Positions 1-8,770 of a stretch of 54,445 bases of DNA are shown here, piece by piece. Made by a program: the position numbers and the translations under genes. The stretch comes from a virus (Duplodnaviria > Caudoviricetes): positions 1-54,445 of the IMG/VR virus record IMGVR_UViG_3300037462_000386. The stretch is one strand, 5' to 3'. Within the stretch, counting starts at the first letter, position 1. Every line of letters starts with the position of its first letter. A model generated the notes under the pieces. That model was given only the letters and a program-made list of their open reading frames with translations. It had not been told where the DNA came from and did not search any database.

Positions 1-126
1 AACACTGTGGGGCTTGGCGTATAGCCAGGACAGTTTCAGCCGCTTTTACTATCTGGCTAATCTACTATCTGGCCAAACCTACGTACTGGCAGTGGTTCCC
101 AAAAATATTCGCCCCTGTCCACCCCC
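1..126. repeat. terminal direct repeat (circular assembly overlap), left copy
   Basis: 1-126 is identical to 54307-54432; an ORF reads in frame across the junction. Confidence 0.95.
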
Positions 127-1045
127 ACCCAACGACCCACCCCCACCCAATGACCCACCACCGCCGCAAGACCCAGACGCGCCCTGGTATCTACACGTTT
201 GGATAAAAACCACAGGCTTCACGGCTACGTTGCCCCGTTGCGTGGGATTTGCACCAATCTCACCGAACAATGTTTCCAGCAACCTGAACGACGTGCTGAT
301 CGATGTGATCGAGACGGATTATCAGGTCTGGCAATATCGCCAAGCACGGGGGCAAGACGCCAATTTCAACGAGTGGGTTGGCACCGCAATCTCCACCTAC
401 ACCCAATCGCCAACGCCCCCAACCATCCCGCAGTATCCGTTGCGCGTGATCCGCACAGGCTTTGTCTCCGACTGGGAGGGCGGCGGCGCGATCGAACTTG
501 GTACAGGCTGGACCTACGCCTCAACTGGTTGTGCTCCAGTGGATGAGCCGCAACCACCCACGCCGCCGAAACGCGACACCAACCCGAACAACCCCGACAT
601 CCCGAACACGATCGAGGCATCCATTTCGCTCGATGCCGCCAACCAACCGATCGCCTATATCCAACATTCGCCATCCTGCCTACTGGGTGGCTGGGGCTAC
701 GCCAAATCATTTCGGATTGTGAGCGGAGCGGTGAAGAGTTATCAGGGCAAACTCACCACTGATTGGCGTTACGGCGATCCGTTTGATTGCCGCGACACCT
801 GGCAGGGCGACAACTACGCCAACCTGGACAAGCTGGGAAAAATCTGGACAATCCCGACCAACGATCGGCCCGCGACACTCGCCCCCAACGTCACCACCCC
901 CAGCAAAATCACCCCAGGCAGAATCGACTCCGGTAACTGTGGCACCCCAATCAACAGTGCCGATAAATCGGTGCAAATCAGGATTGGCGGCTTCTCAACC
1001 CTGACGATCGTGGGCATGGCTGCTGCCATCAAGAAACGTCGATGA
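1..1045 (+). CDS. 3' part of a ~465-aa tail/baseplate-region protein spanning the circular junction (starts at 53954)
   Basis: ATG at 53954 reads in frame through the overlap into ORF 14..1045; Pro-rich PPPPND repeats; lies among tail genes. Confidence 0.75.
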   Translation, partial: TLWGLAYSQDSFSRFYYLANLLSGQTYVLAVVPKNIRPCPPPPNDPPPPNDPPPPQDPDAPWYLHVWIKTTGFTATLPRCVGFAPISPNNVSSNLNDVLIDVIETDYQVWQYRQARGQDANFNEWVGTAISTYTQSPTPPTIPQYPLRVIRTGFVSDWEGGGAIELGTGWTYASTGCAPVDEPQPPTPPKRDTNPNNPDIPNTIEASISLDAANQPIAYIQHSPSCLLGGWGYAKSFRIVSGAVKSYQGKLTTDWRYGDPFDCRDTWQGDNYANLDKLGKIWTIPTNDRPATLAPNVTTPSKITPGRIDSGNCGTPINSADKSVQIRIGGFSTLTIVGMAAAIKKRR

Positions 1046-1086
1046 ACCGAACCGGGCTGGACGGAACCCCGCCGCCGCTTGATATT
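1043..1086 (+). promoter_or_regulatory. putative activator-dependent late promoter (copy 1 of 4)
   Basis: TGAACCGAACCGGGCTGG with GATATT 38 bp after the motif start; same motif and spacing at 30151, 33561, 39594. Confidence 0.6.
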
Positions 1087-1111
1087 AGCGACAGGGAACG
1101 AGCATTACGGC

Positions 1112-1723
1112 ATGGACACAAGGCAGGTTACAGGCCAAATCTTCCGACCAGACAGCAGTCCATGGGTGGAGGCTGATGTCTGGTTTACGCTGTTTGCTGG
1201 CAGCTACACAGCCAATCGGCATTACCCCAAAGATTCATTTCGGTTCAAGACCGACGCAGATGGCAACTTCGTGGCTAATTTGTGGCCGAATGAGGCTGGG
1301 AATACCTCGACATACTGGATTTGCCGACTGCCCTCCGGCGAGGTTTTCAATTTCTCCCTACCTGTGGGAGATACGCCAATCTCGATCGAACTGTTGCGGT
1401 CGATCGGGGTGCCACCTGTTCCGCCTGACCCAAATCTTGGGGCGCAACTCAGTGCGCTAATCTCAGAGCACAACAGTGATCCAGAGGCGCATTTGAATCA
1501 AGGCCATGGGAATTACCGTGGTGAAATCCTGCCCTCTGATTTGATTGGCCCTTACGCAATCGTGCCGCACAATCTTAATCAAGAGATTGTGGACGTAACT
1601 GTTTTTGACGACGAAGGGGCGCTGGCACTACCTTGGGCACCGTTTGACCTGAACCGAGTGCAAATAAACTTTTCGGGGCTGGTCCCAATCACAAAAACGT
1701 ACAAAATCTTAGTTGAGGTCTAA
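1112..1723 (+). CDS. tail fibre-associated/adaptor protein
   Basis: ORF; C-terminal HNLN..VDVTVFD domain paralogous to the C-terminus of the next ORF; HNSDPEAH fibre-type motif; ATG 1112 preferred over TTG 1079. Confidence 0.55.
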   Translation: MDTRQVTGQIFRPDSSPWVEADVWFTLFAGSYTANRHYPKDSFRFKTDADGNFVANLWPNEAGNTSTYWICRLPSGEVFNFSLPVGDTPISIELLRSIGVPPVPPDPNLGAQLSALISEHNSDPEAHLNQGHGNYRGEILPSDLIGPYAIVPHNLNQEIVDVTVFDDEGALALPWAPFDLNRVQINFSGLVPITKTYKILVEV

Positions 1724-1725
1724 TC

Positions 1726-2772
1726 ATGTCGATGCGCGGCGCAATTTTAAAGCTTTTGTCTGGGACGTTTGGCCTTACAATCACCGTCAACGATTTGAGC
1801 GCCGATCGCGCGTTGGCTCTCAAAGGCAACTGGACGGCAGGCCAAATCCCCCGAATCAACACCACCAACCCCACCCAGTTGGACTGGGTAGACCCAAGCA
1901 CATTGGGCGGCGGAACTGTAACCAACGTATCGATCGGCGCTAATGCGACATCGGTGCTTGACGTTGCAAACGGTACCTCAACCCCGACCATTACATTTGA
2001 CAACCAGGCAATCAACCTTGTTTTTGCCGGACCTTCCTCCGGCGGGGCAGCGGCTCCAACCTTCCGACCCTTAGTCGCTGCTGATATACCGAATTTAGAC
2101 GCCGGAAAAATCACCTCTGGAACTTTTAATATTGCGCGGTTGCCAGTTGGCGTAACCTCCGGCACAGTCGCAGCCGGGAATGATAGCCGCTTCCACACGC
2201 AAAATACCGACACCGGAACAACTGCTGCATCGTTTTTAATCAACTCTGGCGGGACTGGGGTTAGGGTGAAAGACGAGTCTGGAGCCTTAGCCGTCCGTAA
2301 CGCCGCCGACAACGCTTATGCCGATTTGGTATTGCGCAACCTGATCGTTCAGGGGACGACAACGACAATCAACACCGAAACGGTCACGATCGCCGATAAC
2401 GTTGTTGTACTCAATAGCGATTACGCTGGGGCAACGCCAACCGAAAACGGGGGGATTGAGGTTGAACGGGGCACGCAAACAAATGCGTCGGTGCTTTGGG
2501 ATGAGTCCGCCGATCGATGGAAGGTTGGGCTGGCGGGTGCGGAAGAACTGCTGGCACGGCAAAAAGTTGTCACATTTACCAGCGCATCTTTGACCAGTGG
2601 TGTGCTGACCGTATCACACGGCCTCAATAATCAATATCCGCAGTACACAGTATGGGACGGCGGGAACGTTGAAATCAGCCCGATCGGAACGGCTGCCGAT
2701 GCGAATACTCTAACCCTTGATTTCGGTAGCGCAACGATTACGGGCACAGCGCGGGTGGTAATTACAGGCTAA
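1726..2772 (+). CDS. tail fibre protein
   Basis: G/T/A-rich; fibre motifs PTFRPLVAADIPNLDAGKITSG, GTVAAGNDSRF, GIEVERG..NASVLWDE. Confidence 0.75.
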   Translation: MSMRGAILKLLSGTFGLTITVNDLSADRALALKGNWTAGQIPRINTTNPTQLDWVDPSTLGGGTVTNVSIGANATSVLDVANGTSTPTITFDNQAINLVFAGPSSGGAAAPTFRPLVAADIPNLDAGKITSGTFNIARLPVGVTSGTVAAGNDSRFHTQNTDTGTTAASFLINSGGTGVRVKDESGALAVRNAADNAYADLVLRNLIVQGTTTTINTETVTIADNVVVLNSDYAGATPTENGGIEVERGTQTNASVLWDESADRWKVGLAGAEELLARQKVVTFTSASLTSGVLTVSHGLNNQYPQYTVWDGGNVEISPIGTAADANTLTLDFGSATITGTARVVITG

Positions 2773-3443
2773 TGAGCAAACGATTTACTGATTTCATCGA
2801 CATCCTGCGGGGGAGCTTCCGATCGCGCATCCAAGCAGCAACCCTTACCGCAGATCGAACCCTGACGGCCCCGGATAAAACGGGCACGATCGCGCTCCTA
2901 CAGGATATACCGGGCGCAGGTAGTACCACACCGCCAAGCAATCCTGCTGCTGGAGATCTGTGGACTCAGATCGATAGCAATGGTGGATGGGTGGCTGACT
3001 GGGTGTATTTGACCGGATCGACGCTGGTGGGGCAAAACAATACCACCCCAATCACATACGACGGTTGGTATAGTCGGGATACCCAAATACTGGGGCCGAT
3101 CGGCGACGACTGGCTATATCAGCAATCCGGCGGCGTGGGGCGGAATATGGCCACACCGGTTGCTGCGCAATACGGTAATCTCTGCCGATTGTCGCTAAAA
3201 ATCCACTACACCACGAGCAATAGCGGGCAGTGGCAAATATACCTGAATCGCCGATCTGCGAGCAGCACCAGTGATAACTGGGTACTACTCGGGTCAAACC
3301 CGCCCGCCGGGGATAGCAGCTATATGTTTTTCGCTTCGGCGGATTTAGCAAAAATCCGGATCGAAATGAATGGATCGAATTTACCGACGCTTAATGGCCA
3401 GATTTGGGTCGAGGCGCGGAAGAGCTATCAGTTTATCGCTTGA
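2772..3443 (+). CDS. tail fibre/receptor-binding protein
   Basis: ATLTADRTLTAPDKTGTIAL and PSNPAAGDLW fibre motifs; coupled to upstream gene (TAATG). Confidence 0.65.
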   Translation: MSKRFTDFIDILRGSFRSRIQAATLTADRTLTAPDKTGTIALLQDIPGAGSTTPPSNPAAGDLWTQIDSNGGWVADWVYLTGSTLVGQNNTTPITYDGWYSRDTQILGPIGDDWLYQQSGGVGRNMATPVAAQYGNLCRLSLKIHYTTSNSGQWQIYLNRRSASSTSDNWVLLGSNPPAGDSSYMFFASADLAKIRIEMNGSNLPTLNGQIWVEARKSYQFIA

Positions 3444-3711
3444 CACTCCCCGGCCAACAACACCCGCGAGGGGTATCGGCGTGAAAACGGTGCGTGGGTA
3501 CCGATCGACCCGCAGGAAGGCCATTACTACGAGCGATCGGACGGCTCTACCGACGTACTACCTCTGGATATACAAAAGCTACCAGATAACCCCTACGGCG
3601 ATCGTGGCTACTGGGACGCCGTAGCGGGCGAGTGGCAGGAGTTAGTGCAGCCGGAGATGCCAGACCCAATAGGGATTTCGGCCAGTATTGTTTCTTTCAG
3701 TATCGTCTTCA

Positions 3712-4857
3712 TCAGAATTTTTCCTCTGGATTAATCAGTTGGCCATCCTCCCGAATCTCAATATGGAGATGCGGCCCGCTGCCAGTGCCCTCACTCCCAC
3801 ACTCCGCGATCGGTTGTCCATGCTGTACTACTTGGCCATCTTTTACGAGTAATTTTCTCGTATGTCCGATCGTGACCTCGTAGCCGCTACCTGCTACGGT
3901 ACCCCATGAGTTACCGAATCCCTGCGGGTCGCTGTTGCCCTTCCTGAAAGTGCCAGAGATCGGGCTTTTAACCACGTCACCCGCGTTACAGGCGTAATCA
4001 GTGCCATTGTGCGGCCTCACCTCACCAGTAGTAGGATGAGTGCGAGATGCGGACATAGGGCTGGTTACAGTGAGATTTGGCAGGGGTTTGGCAAACTCCC
4101 CATTGCCGAGGCTGCGATCGCGCTGAAACTCCGCGAATTTCCGTGCCAGTATGTCCGCGCCATAGGACTTCTGCCGAGCATCCAGCTTTTTGCCGCTACC
4201 GCTTTGGAGCGAGGCCCAGGTAATCCAACATCGATCGGTAAAGGCTTGAACATCTCCACGCACCGCCGCACCATAGCCGTTGCACTGCTTGATCAGTTCG
4301 ATCGCGGCTTTGTCCTGTGATGCGGGCGAAAAATCTGGCAGCTTTAACTGGGTTTGCAATTTATTCCATGTCGGCGTGAGGAACTGGTATCGGCCCGCTG
4401 CACTGCTGCAAATGCCACCGGAGCAAAGCACCCGATCGGGATGCCGAGAAAAGTCGTCAAACCGAGCGCCAGTGTAAATCATGTTGTAGTGGTTGTCAGT
4501 ACCCTCAGCCCAGGCAATCAGGTCAAGCATGGCAGCGACGTTGCCCTCTGGTGAGGCGGTGATATTCCAAGCGGGGCCGGGGACTTTGCCGCGAATGCAA
4601 TCCCAGGGCTTTGATTTGCAGCTATCCCACCATTTCGTGAGTTGGGTGTAGTTGTAATGGGCGCTGTAGACAGTCCGCGCGATCGCGGTGGAGCTATTCG
4701 CCAAGACAACACAGACAGCACACACAACGCAGAACTGAATGAACTGCCGACGTTCTTCGCGGGCTTTCAGGATCGAGTTGTTCCCACGCAGCAGTTTGAG
4801 CGCTTCGGCGATTTGCTCGTCTGAGAATCGGGGTTTGTCAGTCGCCGAATTTGTCAT
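3712..4857 (-). CDS. membrane-anchored peptidoglycan hydrolase: lambda-type lysozyme plus M23 peptidase
   Basis: N-terminal TM; LDLIAWAEGT..SSAAGRYQFL..DFSPASQD (lambda R-like); HNGTDY and GPHLHIE (M23); ATG 4857 preferred. Confidence 0.85.
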   Translation of the reverse strand: MTNSATDKPRFSDEQIAEALKLLRGNNSILKAREERRQFIQFCVVCAVCVVLANSSTAIARTVYSAHYNYTQLTKWWDSCKSKPWDCIRGKVPGPAWNITASPEGNVAAMLDLIAWAEGTDNHYNMIYTGARFDDFSRHPDRVLCSGGICSSAAGRYQFLTPTWNKLQTQLKLPDFSPASQDKAAIELIKQCNGYGAAVRGDVQAFTDRCWITWASLQSGSGKKLDARQKSYGADILARKFAEFQRDRSLGNGEFAKPLPNLTVTSPMSASRTHPTTGEVRPHNGTDYACNAGDVVKSPISGTFRKGNSDPQGFGNSWGTVAGSGYEVTIGHTRKLLVKDGQVVQHGQPIAECGSEGTGSGPHLHIEIREDGQLINPEEKF

Positions 4858-5005
4858 TGTTGCCGATCGTGGTGCGTTGCTCAGTGGGCTTAGTTTGAGC
4901 GGGTTTGGATTGGTCGCGGAACAGATAGTCAAACAGCGCCAGGTCGTGGCTGATGGCTACCAGAGTGACGGCGACGATAAACAGGGAGAGGGTCTTGTAC
5001 CACAC
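4838..5005 (-). CDS. 55-aa membrane protein (not in ORF track)
   Basis: GTG overlapping the ATPase stop; MWYKTLSLFIVAVTLVAISHDLALF..., one TM. Confidence 0.6.
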   Translation of the reverse strand: MWYKTLSLFIVAVTLVAISHDLALFDYLFRDQSKPAQTKPTEQRTTIGNNDKFGD

Positions 5006-6567
5006 TACAAACCCTCCGTGCGTCGCAGCAGTTCAACGGGATTGATTTTGCCGCTGGCTTCCGACTGGGCAAGGTCACGCAGCAGACAGTAATGAGGATC
5101 GGATTTTTCCCGGCGTCGTCCCCAGCCATCATGTTTAGCGGTGGCTTTGAACGTGGTGAAAAATTCGGTGACGGAGTAATCCCGATCGTCAAATTCAGCT
5201 CGCCGGCGGCGGAGAAAATGGACAAATTCTTGGGCCAGGACTTCGCCGGAATCCGTGCTAGGGGGAGTCGCTTCAACTGGTAAATTTTCGGGTTGGGGTA
5301 GCGCTGAAAAATCATGTCGAACTTGCAATGCGGCGCGGTAATCCGGGATGCGGACGATATGCGCCCCGGCGGCGAACTCGGTGCCATCGGAGCTGGTGAA
5401 CGCATCGACCAAGTGAACCACTCCGAGCATCTTGGCGCTGGCTTTTGGCCCGTAGCGGATGTCGTAGTCGCGGCGCTTGGCCTCTAGCCTGTCCAGGAAG
5501 TCATTACTAAAGCGGCTGCGGCTGTTGCGGATGGTGTTGTCAGTGCGGATGCTATCCAGAACTGAACCAAGCATGAACAGATTCACGCCTGCGAGGTTGG
5601 TAGTGTCAAGGCCGTCCGTGGCTTTGTCGTTGTGGCAGATTGGGTAGAAAAATATTTTGTACTTAGCCGCTCGAATCAAGTCGCCCAGGAAACCGTTGAC
5701 CCGGCTCAGGCCATCGGGGGACAGGCTACCGAGGAAAGTCTGAAACTCATCAACGAAGTAGTAAACAGGTGCGAACTTTTCTGGGGGTTGTCCTTGAGCC
5801 ACACGATCGGCGTTGATTTGCATCCGTCGGTGGTACAGGTCATTCAACGCGCACATCGCGGCGTAGATGTCTTCATTGGCCGCAAATAGGCGGTGATGGG
5901 CGACGATCGACTCGGCCTTATCCCGGCGTCGATCGTACACAGGTAATCCGGCCCAAGCAGGGGGTGGCCCGTCGTCGTTGCCGGTGCCGTAGTTGGGGTC
6001 GCCAACCAGGACAATATTTTTGCTTTGACTGGATAGCAGATTGTGCAACAAGCCATGGGTGAACGTGGTTTTGCCGGACTGTTTGCGGGCAATGTACAGC
6101 GTGTTCATGGGGTTGCGGACGGAGCCAATCACTAACTCCAGGACGTGCTGTTCAACCACAACTTCACCGCCCGCCGAGGCCGATATCGCCTCCTGTTCTG
6201 CCTCACTGAGCAAGCCCGCCGATCGTTGGATTTCTTTGGCCGATCGTGCCAGTACAGGCCGGACTTTGTGCTCCAGGATTTGCGTGCCACCTGTACCGAG
6301 GTCGGACAGCACCTCGAAAACCGCGGCTCCAGCCAATGCGCTGGCCTGGACCAGAGTTTGTCCCCGTAGTCGGATTGAGGCGGTGGTGCCCGCGACAAAA
6401 ACTCCCCCTAGCACGCCGAGGATGACCAAGCCGTAAAACGCGGCCATATAAACTACCGAGCCAGACAGCAGCAGCAAAAAATACTTGGCAGCGAGGTGGG
6501 TCGAGCTGGCGTAATCCGGCTCCACGATTTCGGCTTCGACAGGAATGGCCTCGGTAGTGACAATCAT
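5005..6567 (-). CDS. membrane-bound FtsK/HerA-superfamily P-loop ATPase (TraB/VirD4-like)
   Basis: N-terminal TM helices; Walker A ARKQSGKTT; LVGDP; ALNDLYHRR helix; Walker B PVYYFVDE; C-terminal domain after a Pro/Thr linker. Confidence 0.75.
   Translation of the reverse strand: MIVTTEAIPVEAEIVEPDYASSTHLAAKYFLLLLSGSVVYMAAFYGLVILGVLGGVFVAGTTASIRLRGQTLVQASALAGAAVFEVLSDLGTGGTQILEHKVRPVLARSAKEIQRSAGLLSEAEQEAISASAGGEVVVEQHVLELVIGSVRNPMNTLYIARKQSGKTTFTHGLLHNLLSSQSKNIVLVGDPNYGTGNDDGPPPAWAGLPVYDRRRDKAESIVAHHRLFAANEDIYAAMCALNDLYHRRMQINADRVAQGQPPEKFAPVYYFVDEFQTFLGSLSPDGLSRVNGFLGDLIRAAKYKIFFYPICHNDKATDGLDTTNLAGVNLFMLGSVLDSIRTDNTIRNSRSRFSNDFLDRLEAKRRDYDIRYGPKASAKMLGVVHLVDAFTSSDGTEFAAGAHIVRIPDYRAALQVRHDFSALPQPENLPVEATPPSTDSGEVLAQEFVHFLRRRRAEFDDRDYSVTEFFTTFKATAKHDGWGRRREKSDPHYCLLRDLAQSEASGKINPVELLRRTEGL
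5254..5295 (-). repeat. dispersed motif, 42-bp long form
   Basis: CAACCCGAAAATTTACCAGTTGAAGCGACTCCCCCTAGCACG on the minus strand; near-identical to 16806-16847 and 39113-39154. Confidence 0.9.
6401..6415 (+). repeat. dispersed 15-bp motif ACTCCCCCTAGCACG
   Basis: exact copy. Confidence 0.85.
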
Positions 6568-7124
6568 TGGATGGTTTCGGGTTGCTGTGGGGTGGGCTGG
6601 ATGGTGGTTTGCTCCAGTAGATGTTGTTCGGCCCGTCGCCAGAGTTCGAGTTCCAGCAACAGGGCGTCATACTGACTTGCGATCGGTGAGCCTGGGGGGA
6701 TGATGCGATTTTTCGCCAGGAACTGCCGGAGGGCTTCCTCTTGGTTGCGGATATTTTTGTCCAAGAACTCGGTGGGCTGCGGTGACTGACGGGCTTTGGT
6801 CGCAATCTGCGCAAGGCGATTGTTGTGAATGCGGAGACGCTCAGCCCCGAGGGCAAATATGCGGGCTGTCTCTGGGCCGCGCCCTTCGGCATCGCGTACC
6901 GCCTCGTAGTGATTGATCAAAGTCGTGAGGCGGAACGGGGTCTGCTGGTATCGGTTCAGGGTCTCCTGAGCGATCGCTTTGGTCTGTTCTTCGGTCAACT
7001 GCTCGGCTTGGGCCTGGTCCACATGGGCGCGATGCCAGCGGGCGGCCCCAGCCGTCGCCAATATCGCCAGCATCACGATCACTGACTGAGTAAACACTGG
7101 ATTGCGTAGGCGCTTAAGTTTCAT
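6564..7124 (-). CDS. single-TM coiled-coil protein
   Basis: N-terminal hydrophobic helix, Q/E/R-rich helical body; 4-nt overlaps with both neighbours. Confidence 0.7.
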   Translation of the reverse strand: MKLKRLRNPVFTQSVIVMLAILATAGAARWHRAHVDQAQAEQLTEEQTKAIAQETLNRYQQTPFRLTTLINHYEAVRDAEGRGPETARIFALGAERLRIHNNRLAQIATKARQSPQPTEFLDKNIRNQEEALRQFLAKNRIIPPGSPIASQYDALLLELELWRRAEQHLLEQTTIQPTPQQPETIQ

Positions 7125-7315
7125 CGGCGGGGCTTAACGATTTTGTCGTATGGCTGCGTATTTGCTTCGACCGTCTCCCCGATCGACTGCATCACAACCT
7201 TCGGCTTCACTACGTAGCCGTCACCCGATTTTTGGATTGCGCCATTGACGACGCTTCCCACGATCGCGGGTAGGACGACAAGCCAACCAATGATGGCGAG
7301 AGGTTTTGAAAACAT
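7121..7315 (-). CDS. small membrane protein
   Basis: LAIIGWLVVLPAIVGSVV TM; GAGGT RBS upstream. Confidence 0.65.
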   Translation of the reverse strand: MFSKPLAIIGWLVVLPAIVGSVVNGAIQKSGDGYVVKPKVVMQSIGETVEANTQPYDKIVKPRR

Positions 7316-7318
7316 GAA

Positions 7319-7465
7319 TCACCTCAGAATCAGTGCGAGAACGAAGCCGATGAACATCAGGGAAGTAAAGCCGATCACAACGCTGCCCAGTACCGCCTGA
7401 ACCGTCCGCAGGGCTTGGGGGAGCAGCACGATCAAGGCAATGATTTTTAGGGTTTTGTCCAGCAT
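7319..7465 (-). CDS. 48-aa highly hydrophobic protein (not in ORF track)
   Basis: MLDKTLKIIALIVLLPQALRTVQAVLGSVVIGFTSLMFIGFVLALILR; stop 3 nt before the next start. Confidence 0.65.
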   Translation of the reverse strand: MLDKTLKIIALIVLLPQALRTVQAVLGSVVIGFTSLMFIGFVLALILR

Positions 7466-7632
7466 TTCGGGAGCCTCTGTGTACAGGTTTATGGGCCGAT
7501 ATTAGCTGAAAGCCTTGGTCTAGCGGTAGTCCACGCGGTTTTGTGCGGTTGTACCAGTACAGAGTGAGCGGCTGAGCTGTACGCTGTGCGGGCTGTACTG
7601 GCACGGGTTCGATCGAGCGGCCTGAACATCAA

Positions 7633-7809
7633 TCAGGGCGGGGATGCACGGCGGCTCAAGTGGGGCAGTTGCACAGCGTTTTTAGGAGCAAAATCCGGGA
7701 TTTTGGCTTTTCCACCTTGGCTCAGAAGTAGCCCGATCGTGCAGCCCACGCAAAGCAGGATGACGGCCCCGGTTAACCGCCAGTAGCTCCGGGGACGGGA
7801 GGCTTTCCC
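7633..7809 (-). other. candidate -1 programmed frameshift site and extension frame encoding a TM helix
   Basis: in-frame G_GGA_AAG at 7809-7803, CCCCGG/CCGGGG hairpin 8 nt downstream; -1 frame GKASRPRSYWRLTGAVILLCVGCTIGLLLS... has no start codon ahead of the TM segment. Confidence 0.6.
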
Positions 7810-8324
7810 ACGGTGGAAACCTGGCCATTGAGTGTATTCATCCCTCGCGAGATGCCGTTAGCTCCAGCTCGGACAACCTTTTGGGCTACCTGCTCTTCTA
7901 TCCCAGCACAGAGGGCATCCAGCCCTCGATCGAAGGTAGCAAACTGCTGGGCCAGCGATTGCTCGATCTCAGCCAGCTCGGCCTGACTCTGCTCACGGAT
8001 TGCCAAAGCGGCGTCCATGGGTCTAGGCGTATCGTTGTACAGAACCAACTCACCGTTGTACACAGTTTCGGTGCCGAGTTGCGGTGTTGCGGTGTTGTGT
8101 TGCGGTGTTGTGTTGCGGTTCAGTTCAGCCCGGATGCGCTCCTGTTCCGCTGTACTGAGCAGCTTGCGCGATTTGTTGTGCGGGTCGGTGTATCCCTTTA
8201 TTTGCAGGTGTGAGCGCTTGCACACCTTTCGCAGGTACGCGGGGGTGATGTTGAGCGTTTTGGCAAACTCGCCCATGGATGGATCGGTCTCAGTTGCGGT
8301 GTTCAGTTGCGGTGTTGCGGTCAT
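7773..8324 (-). CDS. HTH/wHTH DNA-binding protein with coiled coil
   Basis: SMGEFAKTLNITPAYLRKVCK HTH; heptad-rich C-terminal half; NTATPQ repeats. Confidence 0.7.
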   Translation of the reverse strand: MTATPQLNTATETDPSMGEFAKTLNITPAYLRKVCKRSHLQIKGYTDPHNKSRKLLSTAEQERIRAELNRNTTPQHNTATPQLGTETVYNGELVLYNDTPRPMDAALAIREQSQAELAEIEQSLAQQFATFDRGLDALCAGIEEQVAQKVVRAGANGISRGMNTLNGQVSTVGKPPVPGATGG

Positions 8325-8355
8325 AGTTGCGGTGTTTTAGTTGCGGTGTTGCGGT
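8078..8355. repeat. cluster of ten 8-bp repeats GTTGCGGT
   Basis: copies at 8078, 8086, 8099, 8112, 8293, 8306, 8314, 8326, 8340, 8348; the last three lie upstream of the start codon. Confidence 0.9.
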
Positions 8356-8373
8356 GTTTCGCACTTGCATACT

Positions 8374-8402
8374 AAAAGAGCCAGCCCGCGTGGGACTGGC
8401 TC
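8374..8402 (-). terminator. hairpin with T-tract (terminator/attenuator)
   Basis: GAGCCAG-N11-CTGGCTC followed by TTTT on the minus strand. Confidence 0.5.
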
Positions 8403-8425
8403 AAGGGAAGGGATATTTGTAAAAA

Positions 8426-8692
8426 TTACAAATTCTCGAGAGTTTCACCGCTGAGGGCTTCGGCGATCGACGGTGGCATGTAGGCGCGGATATGATAAAT
8501 CCACAGCAAGGCCATATCTCCCCGCGAGGGCGACTGCCGACCGCTGAACCAACCGTTTACAGTATCGATCGACCTGTCTGTGATTGCGGCGATTTGAGCA
8601 CGGCTTAACTCTGGGTAGAGTTCGGTGAATCGCTCGATCGATAGGATTGATTGGTCCATGCTCTGGATTATTTTGCGCGGGTGTGATTTCAT
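8426..8692 (-). CDS. XRE-like HTH regulator
   Basis: LSRAQIAAITDRSIDTVNGWFSGRQSPS. Confidence 0.75.
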   Translation of the reverse strand: MKSHPRKIIQSMDQSILSIERFTELYPELSRAQIAAITDRSIDTVNGWFSGRQSPSRGDMALLWIYHIRAYMPPSIAEALSGETLENL

Positions 8693-8770
8693 TTTGGCAG
8701 CTCCTGTCGATGCGCGTCGGTGGGAGTTAGAAGCTGTTGCCGAGTTACTGGTTCGGCAACAGCTTTGATT

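Noticed and set aside
1726-3734. diversity-generating retroelement or invertible fibre cassette
   Set aside because: No reverse transcriptase, TR/VR pair, serine invertase or flanking IRs found by eye
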